From the NCBI GenBank assembly GCA_026936335.1, contig JAPMXV010000016.1:252695-316694 (forward strand): a DNA stretch of 64,000 nucleotides, given 5' to 3'. A program made the translations under genes and the position numbers. The DNA is from Mantamonas sphyraenae STR306 (lineage: Eukaryota; Protista; CRuMs). The stretch's first letter is position 1. Every line of letters begins with the position of its first letter. Positions 1 to 10,039 of this stretch are shown one piece after another. The notes below the pieces were generated by a model, which was given only the letters and a program-made list of their open reading frames with translations, was not told where the DNA came from and searched no databases.

Positions 1-216
1 TTCGCAGGCCACCTCTGCGTGTTCCGTCTCCACGTGCTCCTCCAACAGGTCTCGTCGGAACAGCTTGGCGCAGATGTCACACCGACGATTGTTGCGTTCG
101 CACGACAGCGAATGCATCACAAAGATGCTGCTGCGGATGTGCTGTTCGCACGTCGGACACAGCTGCGTGTCTTCCTCGCCATCCATCTCTGTTGGCGCAG
201 CAGGTGCATTCTTCAT
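1..216 (-). CDS. TRAFD1/XAF1-like TRAF-type zinc-finger protein, N-terminal part (runs off window)
   Basis: Hand translation from ATG 216: MKNAPAAPTEMDGEEDTQLCPTCEQHIRSSIFVMHSLSCERNNRRCDICAKLFRRDLLEEHVETEHAEVACE. This fits the CxxC..H..C / CxxC..H..H pattern of XAF1/TRAFD1 N-termini. It is absent from the ORF track because there is no stop in the window. Confidence 0.75.
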   Translation of the reverse strand, partial: MKNAPAAPTEMDGEEDTQLCPTCEQHIRSSIFVMHSLSCERNNRRCDICAKLFRRDLLEEHVETEHAEVACE

Positions 217-263
217 TGACACAATCTCACCACCCCACACACCACCCCACCTTCCGTCTCCAA

Positions 264-3200
264 TCATCCACTGAGTTCGTTCAGCAGCTCGCCGAACCGT
301 TCGTGGAGGCTGTTCATCCACTCGAGGAGAAGGCGCGCGTCAAATTCCGACGCACGCACGCGGCACGCCCGCTTGCTCCACAGCGCAGATAGACGTCCGT
401 TTGCACTGGCCACACGCACCAACGGCTCCATGTGCACCAGGAACAGCGTTGTAAAGTACACCAGGTACAGCTCGCCGCTGGCCAGCGTCAAACTCGTCAC
501 CACTGCGCGCTGCTCCTTGTCCAACAGGCCAGCAAAGCCGTCGTGCCACCATGCCTTGATCAGTAGGCGCAAACAAACGCCCTGGTTGGCAAATGCATGC
601 GCAATCGTCGCATGCTGCAGCTCCACCAGCCACTGCACCAGTCCTGCACATCGGTCCACATCCACTCCGAGCATTTCTGCGTGTGCCATGTCACTTCCGT
701 GCTCCTCGCCCCCACACAGCACCCGAACAACGGCCGTCGCGGGCACATCGCTGCTCAGCAGTGTGTGAACCATGCGTGTGCGGGCCACGCCGTCGCTGCG
801 CACACGGGCAAGCATCACCAGAGGCTCTTCCCACTGTGCATCCTGTTCTGCACTCTGTCCGCTGTCTCTATCCCCATCCTTGTCGCTCCCTCCCACGCGT
901 CGCTCGTCCACACACGCCAGCAGCTTTGCCCGCTGACTGGAACACTCGTCGCGAACGCGCACCTCCTCCGCATCCTTCTCCACATCCTGAAGTTCACCAC
1001 TGTCTCCATCCTCCCCACCCATGGGCACCCACTGTACACCTTGATCCTCCCACGCGTCGGCATCGCCGTAGTTGCGGAACCATTCGGCCGCAAGTTGCTC
1101 AGCGGGGTCGACCACGTTCAGGCGCCGATCCAATTCCTGAAGCCGCGCGTGCACATCGTACTCACCTGCCAACCGCATGGAAAAGGAAACAGATGTGGCT
1201 AGGCATGCCAGGAGGATGTTCATGGCCACCCGTTGCTCCGTGTACAGATCGGTGGTCTCCTGCAACGCCTCGTCGTCTGGTAGCAGCACTGTCAACACAA
1301 AGTCACACATGATGGGTGGTAACGTGTTGGAGTGCACCCCTTCGGCAAGCACAAGCATGGTGGCCACCGCCTCTTCGTGCGGATGCACCTCCAATGCTTC
1401 CAGCTCCTCGTGCAGGGTGTCGGCAACTTTGTCCGCAAACCCTCCTTCGTACATGAGTAAACACGCATCCTCTTCGCTCAGTACACTTGTGAGTGCGTTG
1501 TACAGGTTGCGCTTGCCACGCAACCGCCTCTCGGTGCGTTCGTACACCATTTGCAGACTGTTCACCGCCGTGTGCAAATGCCCATGTTCGCGCAACTGCG
1601 TCAGACCCGACGATGTGTGCAGCAAACTGCACATGGTGTGTTGCAACGCACGCAGCCACACAATGCTCCACGCTGCACTGCTCTCCTGCACCTGCTTGTA
1701 CAGCATGCAGAACCTATTCACAAACCCCGTGCTGGCCAGCAACGCCATGCTCACGCTCGACTGAGCAATGTGCTGCAGGGCACCCGAGCAGCTTTGAAGC
1801 ACAGCAAACGCAGTTCTGGATGCCTGCTCGTCACTCTCCATCCCGTGGGCCATTCCGGTCAACATGGCTTGCAACGACCCACACAGACAATGCAGCAGCA
1901 GATGCGCACGCCAATGCGCGTTCTTGGTGCTTTCGCGCCACGAGGGCATATCCAGGTCGTCGTCGTCGCTGTCGTCCGAGGAGAGCGACGACGAGTCGGA
2001 AAACTGGTCTTCCGTCAGCACAATAGTGAGCAGGCCCGGACCGTTGCACACGGCACACAACACCTCGCAGAATGCATGCAAACAGTGGAGCGCAAAGGTA
2101 TCGTCGTGAACCTGAGCACACACATCAATGAGCTTGGCACATGTGGTGAGGAGCAGGCGCAACGGCGCAGCCTGTGTGAGTGCTGCAGCATTCGATGCGT
2201 GCTGCTGCACCATTTCCGTCAGCCGCATGCGTACGACATCTACCAGCGCCATACGCATGTGCAATGGCACAGACGACGTTTGGTTAGGAGCCATGAGTTG
2301 CAGCAGCAGGAGGAGGGTGCCCTGCAGATCAAGCTGCACATCCAGTGTCGTCGACTCCACCGGAAACAATACGCGCGCCTCCGCATACCGTGTCAGCATG
2401 CCCATGATGGATGCACAGCTGATTGTGTGGCTGGTGTGCAACAGGACTGTCGGCAGAGCGCGAGAGTGTGCCGTGTCCCGTGACGAGGCACTCGATCGCG
2501 CCGCGCTGCCACTCCCATCCGTAAACGCCGTGTTGGGACTGTCGTTGCTAAACTGGGAATGCGAGCGTGCAGTGTGCCTGGAACGAGAGCGGCTGCCAGC
2601 GTCGATGTGAATCAATTCGGCGTCGTCGACCTCGTCCACATCGGCCACCACGGCGCTGCTGCCGGGACGCGACTGCAGCTGATGCGCACGTGCACTGCTC
2701 TTGACGTTGACTTGCATGCCCAATGGCGCAACTACGTCGCCTGCGTTGCCATTGCCGACGTTGGGCATGTGCCACAGCTGCGAGTGAAGCACAATGCGTT
2801 GAGCAAAGACAGCAGCTGCGCCTGTTTCCAGCATGCTGTGCAACACCGCACTACGCCACTGTTTGCCCGACACCCAGGACATGAGCCATTCGGCACGCGG
2901 GTCAAACAGAGCCAGGTACTGGGCAGGCGAGGCGAGGGCATCGTCGCCCGGTTGCATCGCCAGCAACTCAAAGGTGCTCTCAAACAACGCCGCCGCCAGC
3001 TGTTCCGGCACATACACCCACTGCTTGGGAAGTTGTCGTTGCATCTGGTTGACCAGACGGAACTGTTGGAGCACAGGACCGCTGAGCCACGTGTGGCCCT
3101 CCTCCAGCGAGTGATCGTGTGGCGCCACCAGCGTTTCGGCCAGCGGATTGCGACCGAGAAACACATCGACGAGGTGGCTGACCAGCATGTGGTACACCTG

Positions 3201-4353
3201 AGCACCAGCCACAGCCGCCTCCGAGGTGAAGACGTTGCGAAGCATTCTCAACGCAGGCACGCGTACACGAGGATCACGATGGCCCAACACATGCTTCAAC
3301 CCCTTCTGAAGCTCCGGCCAGTATTCTGTACAAGCAATGTCCGCGCTACTAAACTTGGACAGCGTCTGCATGGCCGTCACACGCGCCTCCAATTTGCCTC
3401 GTTGCAACGTGCCGGCAATGCTCCGCAGCTCCTCAAACGGAGGCAGCGACGCCAGCGAGAATGCACTGAAGCCACCCTCGCTGCTCGCCGACCCGGAGTA
3501 CGGCGACAGTGCCGTGCGACGTCGCCAGCCGCCGGCAAACAACGAATCTTCTTCGCCGCCGCCTGCTCCTGCGCCGGGCACAGAGCCATTGGGCGACACA
3601 ACCTCGTGCGAGGCAGGCGTCCAACGAGAGGACACCAAATGGTCGACGCCATCGCGCGTGCTGCCGATCAGCTCGCTGTGCAGTCGCGAGTACGCGCTGC
3701 TCTCCTGAACGTCCTGCAGAGCCGCACTTTGCAGCTCCTCCATGTGTTGAATAATGATTTCTGCGGGCGAAGACCGGGGCAACAGCGGGTGGTTGGAAGG
3801 AAGGTGGGTGTGTGTGGATTGGGCAGGGCCGATCGATGTCAGCACACGAGAATGGGCCAAAAAGGTTGGCAAGCGGGCCTGCAACGGACCTTGTTCCGTT
3901 TTGTGCGGCTCTTCGTCCATCTTGCGTTGCACATGTCGATCCCAGGCCGCCTCGATGACTGAATCCAGGGCATCGGCCATGCGAGAGCGCACAAAGCGAA
4001 CAAAAGAGTATTTCTGCGCGTGTGTGCAAGGATTGAACAGAAAACGGCGTCAGCACAACGTTCTTGGACTCCACACACACACATGGACACACAGACACAC
4101 GCACATGATACCGTGGGTCGCGTTCCTCCAGGTGAAGGAGCTCGTGCTCCATTCTGCCGTCGATGTCGTCGTCTTCGTCGTCCGAGTCGCTCGACGATGC
4201 ACTTCCGGGCGAGGTGGGCGAGACGGTGTCGCCCAGGGCGGCAAAACTGCTCCCCTGCGGGCTGCTGTCCGCTTCCATGCCGTAGTACTCGTGATAGGAC
4301 AGGCGCGCATCTACCGCTGCCACCAGCTGGTTGATCTTGTTTGCCACGTCCAT
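264..4353 (-). CDS. TBC1D32: Broad-minded (BROMI/TBC1D32) ciliary protein
   Basis: Exon 1 (4353-4105) plus intron 4104-4014 (GTGCGT..CAG) gives [13 protein letters not shown]|[12 protein letters not shown], matching BROMI [23 protein letters not shown]. Also [18 protein letters not shown] and a TBC-like C-terminus ([14 protein letters not shown]...[12 protein letters not shown]). Start codon uncertain. Confidence 0.8.
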
Positions 4354-4427
4354 GGCACGCCAGCCGTCGTCGTTGGCTGCGCTGTCGCCTGCAGCCAAAC
4401 TCTCTCTCGCAGCAGCACTCAGGAAAG

Positions 4428-4944
4428 ATGGTTGGTGACACATTTCCACACTTCTTCCCACACCCACCCACCCACACATCCACCCACACATCTCTCTGAC
4501 ACCTTTTCCGCCGTGCGCAGAGCAAGCACCACGACGATCTCATCTTGTGCCGCAAGCAGCCGGGGATTGCGGTGGGCCGCCTGTGCGAGAAGTGTAAGTG
4601 AAACGCGCTGTCGTCTCCCGTCATGCTGCATGTCACGCAGCGAGTGTGTGTGTTGGGAGGCTAACACGGATGGTGGTGATCGGGTGGTGAGCGCAGGCGA
4701 CGGAAAGTGCCCCATTTGCGATTCGCTGGTCAACCCGTCTGTGCTCGTGCACATCTGTGATGACTGTAACTACGGCTCCAACGAGGGCAGGTGCATTGTG
4801 TGCGGACACAAGGGGGTGTCCGACGCCTATTACTGCAAGGAGTGCGTGTTGCTGGAGGACGACCGCCTCGGCTGCCCGCGCATCGTCAACATCGGCGAAG
4901 CCAAGGCCGACCGCTTCTACCAACAGAAGAATTTCAAACAATAG
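4428..4944 (+). CDS. PHF5A: PHF5A/Rds3 (SF3b subunit), 3 exons
   Basis: ATG 4428-4430, intron 4431-4520, exon 4521-4593, intron 4594-4696 (GTAAGT, GCTAAC branch), exon 4697-4944. Product [39 protein letters not shown]...DAYYCKEC...GCPRIVN. Confidence 0.95.
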
Positions 4945-4959
4945 ACCCGCCAGTGTTTA

Positions 4960-6411
4960 CTATGCATCCCCGTGCACAGTTGCCGATGCTTGCTTCCACC
5001 GCCGCAGCCACATGACAAGCAACGGGAGAGCAATGGGTCCAAAGAGGGGCAGATACACACCCATCTTGTGCTCGTCGGGCACATACAACTGTGCCAACAC
5101 ACTGGGGTCGTAGTAGGCGTCGTTGGCAAGAGACAGGGCGGCCACACCGTGGCACACGTCGCGTGAGCCGTCGGTCGTCGCCTGCACCTCGGCAATGGCC
5201 CGTTGCACACGCGTGGCAATGTGTGCCTCGATGGCCATGTTTGGAATGCTGCGCACGACGTCTGCCAAAGCACGCAGCGTGGAACGGCTGTGTTTGGCCA
5301 TGGCTTCGCTCCGCCAGCGACGCAGCTGCTGCAACTCCCACGCCGCAATGCCCCTTTTGGGTGTGTCCAAATGCAGACCCGGCGCTGGAGACGTGTGCCA
5401 AGTGGTGGGAAGGCCCATGGCAGCGCGAAGATGAGACACCCATGCACGCATGGCACCGTGCAGAGCATGTTGCTGTTCCGCCTCCCTGTTGAGAATGTAC
5501 ACGCCGCCCCAGCGTGGAAGCAGCACAGAGGTTCGCATACGGCCATTGTGGCGCACATACAGCGGCTGTTGTACACTTGCAGGCACGTAGACGACGTAGT
5601 TGAGGGTGGGCCCCCGCGTGTCGGAGCTCTGCACATCCCAGTCGTGCAGTTGCACAAACTCACGCACCTGTGTGTGTTCATACACATGGTCCCCACTGCG
5701 TGTCACCTGTGCTGCCTTTGCGGATCGCCACCCGCTCATGGCCTTGCTCTGTGCCTCCACTTCCACCCGCACACACAAGGCCGCCTCCACCTGCGCAACC
5801 AGTGGTCGCACATACCTCTCGAGCCAGGGCGTCCAGCTGTGTGCAAACAATGCCGTGCGATTGCTTGCATCCGCGTGCATCATGGTCAGCGACACGGAGT
5901 AGCGGGGTGACAGAGGCAGTGTGTGCCGTTCTGGCCCACGTTTTCCACGCACCACATGCTCCACAAACGCACTGAGCACAGCATGCGTGTGTCCCTGCGA
6001 CCACAAAGGCGTGTCTCCATGCATGGACACGCGCATCACAGCCGTGCCATTTGCAAACACCCGAATCGACGCGTCTGCGTTTGTCGCCTCCGAATCCCTC
6101 ACCTCTAGCCGGAGCTCGTGGTGCGTTGAGCACGGCTGTGTGCGCACTTGGAATGCGGATTGCATGTGGACGGCCAGAGACCGCGCCACTTTGGCTGAGG
6201 ACGAGTGCACACAGAGCACGCCGCGCGTGTCGACGTCCACACGCAACGCATCGAGTGTATCCAGGGGTAGAGGAGTGTGGGGCACGCTCACCAGATGCCA
6301 CCACACCGGAATGGCCAACACAACAAAGACGGTGACCAATGCAATGACCCCGTCCTTCTCCTCCTGCTGGATAGGCAGGTCCACCAAAGCAGGAGTCTTC
6401 CTCCGCCACAT
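4960..6411 (-). CDS. PIGS: GPI transamidase component PIG-S/Gpi17
   Basis: N-terminal TM with PVWW, internal LLPRWGGVYILN, and C-terminal YYDPSVLAQLYVPDEHKMGVYLPLFGPIALPLL motif. Confidence 0.93.
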   Translation of the reverse strand: MWRRKTPALVDLPIQQEEKDGVIALVTVFVVLAIPVWWHLVSVPHTPLPLDTLDALRVDVDTRGVLCVHSSSAKVARSLAVHMQSAFQVRTQPCSTHHELRLEVRDSEATNADASIRVFANGTAVMRVSMHGDTPLWSQGHTHAVLSAFVEHVVRGKRGPERHTLPLSPRYSVSLTMMHADASNRTALFAHSWTPWLERYVRPLVAQVEAALCVRVEVEAQSKAMSGWRSAKAAQVTRSGDHVYEHTQVREFVQLHDWDVQSSDTRGPTLNYVVYVPASVQQPLYVRHNGRMRTSVLLPRWGGVYILNREAEQQHALHGAMRAWVSHLRAAMGLPTTWHTSPAPGLHLDTPKRGIAAWELQQLRRWRSEAMAKHSRSTLRALADVVRSIPNMAIEAHIATRVQRAIAEVQATTDGSRDVCHGVAALSLANDAYYDPSVLAQLYVPDEHKMGVYLPLFGPIALPLLVMWLRRWKQASATVHGDA

Positions 6412-6467
6412 CCTGAAAATTGCGCTGACTCACCCAGAGCAATCACCCAGGCGCATACACGCTCACC

Positions 6468-7313
6468 ATGTCCGACGACCTCAAGGCACCGCTCATGCAG
6501 TCGCAGGACCCCGAGCAGCAGCCTGAGGAGCAGCTGCCGGCACACACACAAAGATCGTCGCGTAGCTCGCGCCGAAGCGGCGCCGGTGTCGTCATCCATG
6601 ACGAACCAGACCCGTACGCAGCCCAGCGAGCTGCAGCCCGTGCGCGTGGAGACGACCGCGGCAGCGGAAAGGGCACCGCCGTCCAAACGTACCGGTTCAA
6701 GGGCGAGCAAACGCTGTGGTTCGGGTTGGCCTTGTCCTGTGTTGTTGCCGCCCTCTGGGAAGTCCAGATGCTGCTGTTTGCACTCAGCTGTCACACATAC
6801 AACCTGGACACTGGCATCACTCTCGCGTACACCAGCGGACCCGGTGTCACTGTCAACAACCTCGCTTGTTGGGACCCGACCAAGTGGTTTGACCCGACAC
6901 ACAGCAATTTCCTTGGCATTGTGGCCATGCCTCCTGCCTTTCAACCGCTCCTCGGTGCAATCTATCTCTGCTGGATTGTGTTTGCCAGCTACAAAACAGC
7001 CGAGGCTCTGTTGGCACGTGACGTGCGACGCCTGCGAAAGCAGCAAACCACCTTCCTTGCCCTCCTGGTCGTCCAGGTCCAGGCCCTGCTCCTCAACGTC
7101 GTCACGTGGGCCACTGTGCTCCTCAGCGAGCGTGAACTGCAGGATCCCAACGCCCTGTGCCGGCAAACGGCCAACGTGCGCTTCGATTTGTGTGATCATG
7201 TCGGCAACGGCGTGTACTGGGCATTTTCGCTGCTCCTGATCCTGATCCTCGCCTACCGCATGATAAAACGCACCCAAGACGATCTTTTGCAAGCACGCGT
7301 GAATGGAGATTAA
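6468..7313 (+). CDS. Hypothetical ~4-TM membrane protein (281 aa)
   Basis: Long ORF with about four hydrophobic segments and Cys-containing loops. Divergent from PIG-S with 56 bp between starts. Confidence 0.7.
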   Translation: MSDDLKAPLMQSQDPEQQPEEQLPAHTQRSSRSSRRSGAGVVIHDEPDPYAAQRAAARARGDDRGSGKGTAVQTYRFKGEQTLWFGLALSCVVAALWEVQMLLFALSCHTYNLDTGITLAYTSGPGVTVNNLACWDPTKWFDPTHSNFLGIVAMPPAFQPLLGAIYLCWIVFASYKTAEALLARDVRRLRKQQTTFLALLVVQVQALLLNVVTWATVLLSERELQDPNALCRQTANVRFDLCDHVGNGVYWAFSLLLILILAYRMIKRTQDDLLQARVNGD

Positions 7314-7345
7314 ACTGGGCGGTCGGGTTCACTTGTGCATTGGTG

Positions 7346-7965
7346 TCAAACTCGTGCCCGCTTTCGATCGTTGCCCCACAGCTCACTGTGCTCCTCGAGG
7401 CGGTCTCCGTCTCTACTCTTGCGCTTTTCCGAGTCCCGTGTGTACGTCTTGCGCCTGTGGGTGGTAACCAGTTCGACCATTTCCATGCATTGCGACATCG
7501 TCAGCGGCACACCCGGGTTTGCCTCGGGATCTTCGTCAAACTGGGCCAGGTCGTGGTGTGTCCAGGTGCACTTTTGGCCCTTGACACGAACAAACCGATA
7601 GTTGTTGAGATTCTTGCGCACAGAGTCCCAGCCGATGCGAAAGAGGACCGCCAGCCGCTGCGGGTTGACAATCTTGATCGACCGCGTCCAGCTCTTGGCG
7701 CCTCCGTAATCTCCAGCGTGGCACCAACGTGCACCTCCAAACAGGGTCCCGTGCGGATCGTACGCCAGCATAAGGAACAGCCTTTCAGGGAACGTGTGCA
7801 GCCGCTTGTTTGCTTCGTCCCGAGCAAACAAACCGCGCCTGGCATCCCACGCAGGGTGTTGCGTGGGCAGCTGCATCTCAGCAGACGACGTTCCCCGTGC
7901 TCGGCCTGTTCCTTTTCCCGATGGCGACTGTCCTGCACCCAGCTGCGCCTGTGCCGAGTCGACAC

Positions 7966-7997
<32 letters not shown>

Positions 7998-9804
7998 ACT
8001 GTGTTTTCCGCAGAAAGCAGCTGGTACTGCATCAACAGGTGCATGCGCGACCATTCTGGGTCTTGCCTGCGTGTGCACGAGCCCTCGGGCGTTGGTTTGG
8101 CATCCACCACGTCCATGCGGTCGCCGTCGAGCTGTGGCCGAGCTTCGCGAAGGACTCGTTCGCGTGCAGAGTGGGTGCTGTGCCATGCGGCAAGCCGTGC
8201 GCTGGGCAAGTTTGGCATCGAGTTGCGTCGTGTGTGTCTGCGCGACGACGGCAGATGCGTTTCCCGCACCCGCGCGTGCTGCAGTTCTTCCACGAGTGAC
8301 TCGCTACCGGTGCCACACACGTCACTCTCCACTACCAACGAGTCCTCCCCTTCACGCATGCGCTGCGTCGCTCGGTAGTGCTTCAGCGCCATGTGCTCCT
8401 CGTGCGTATGGACCATGCGCCAAGGATCGTCCTCGGCATCCAGGGCACGCACATTGGCAGCTCCTAGCAATCGTTCCACAAACTGGTTCACCGAATGGCA
8501 GGTGTGGTTGCCCCACACGTACTGCTCGCCCGTCAGGAAGATATTGCCCGACGGCAAAACAATGCCAACCTCCGTCACATGCCCGTGTGCGCACCAAACC
8601 ATCTCGCCCGCTCTCAACTGACGCCACGCAAGCAGTTCGCTCACTTCTACCTCTTGCCCCTCCTGGCATACTGCAGCTACGTGCGGCAACGGCGTTCCAC
8701 CGCGCCGCCTCGCCACAGACTGTCCATCCCGCAGTGTGCTCGTCGACGACACCGACGTCAAGGTCGACACGCCGTCGCTGTCTTCGTCCGTGTCACCCAT
8801 CGTCTCATCCAGCTCACGTTCAGTCGCACTCGTCGACACGGACGACAGGTTCATGAGGCGTGGCCGTTCCAGGCTCACCTCGCCGCCATTCGCTGGCTCG
8901 AATGACATGATTGCGAAATCATCTTCTTTGTACTGCTTGGGTGTCCATGTGATGCTGGATCCCGACAGCATGGTCAGCTGTACGTCGCCTTTGCCGTCGT
9001 TCAGTTTGCTCAGGTCCTGCAACGTCGCAAACCTTCCACCACGTTGCCACATGCGCCACCGCCGCTCTCCCCTCTTTGTCTGATCTGTGGGTGTGCGCTG
9101 CGTCCACTGGGATTGCGTCGCCACCTCACGAGACGACCGTGCTTCGACGCGCGGACTGGACGTCGAAAGTCCCAGCATCAGCGCCGCCACCGCCGCATCC
9201 TGCCTCTGCTGCTGTTGCTGCTGCTCCACGTCCATGTGGGATTCCGCAACGCGGTCCAACAGATCTTTACCAGCCATCAGGCGCTGCCATACGACGTCAT
9301 GTGCCAAGCTCCGCTCTGTACAGCCAGACGTTATCCAAATGGACCCTCCCGGGTGAGCTTCCACACAAATTCTCGTTCGGGAAACTTCCGTTTCCGGGCC
9401 CTCCCTCTCGTCCCCCACTCACCTTGGTTTTCTCCGAGAATATGTGCAAGCTCTCTAGGTTCGTCGCGAACAAAGTGGTCTCGCGCGAAAGCCGAACCCC
9501 CCTTGTTCAGGAAGCCCCAGTTAGCCAGGTTTTTGCGAAGTCCATCCCGTCCAATTCCAAATAGTTCCGCCAACACCTTGCTGTCGACAATCTCAAACGT
9601 CCGCTCGTCTACCCACTTCACTGCTTCGTACTTGCTGCCCTCGGGGTCTTCATTCAAGATGCAGTACAGTCTCAGGAAAAAGGGCCTCAGTTTTCCTGCT
9701 CGCTCATTCGAGCCTTCCTTCGTCCGCGTGTGCGCGTACAATCCTCGCCGCGGGTCCCAGTGTGGGTGTTCCGCCTCGACACTTGCCCTCATACTCTCTT
9801 GCAT
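7346..9804 (-). CDS. Protein with two HSF-type DNA-binding domains flanking a putative RAMA domain
   Basis: Exon 1 (9804-9423) encodes PFFLRLYCILNED..VKW..TFEIVD..LRKNLANWGF..HFVRDEP. Predicted intron 9422-9316 (GTGAGT..TACAG) joins it in frame to the 690-aa ORF, whose C-terminus has a second HSF-like domain (TFPERLFLML..VRKNLNNYRFVRV..WTH). Confidence 0.7.
7967..7997 (+). repeat. (GCT)n microsatellite, poly-Ser on minus strand
   Basis: About 10 perfect GCT units. Confidence 0.9.
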
Positions 9805-10039
9805 GGTGATAGTTGACCTCCGTGCTTGTGGAGTGTGGTGTGCTGTGGGTGTGTGTTTGGGGCGGGAAGGGAAAATGAGTGGTGGCCCCAGCGCCGATGC
9901 TTTTTCCGTTTCCGGTCCATTTCCCTTCCGATCGCTCCACGATGTCCACACAGGCCACAGCACGCGGTGCTTGACAATGGCAAAGAGACGGCAACGCAAT
10001 TGTGAAAGGCAGAGGCAAGCAGACTGCATTCAACCTCCG

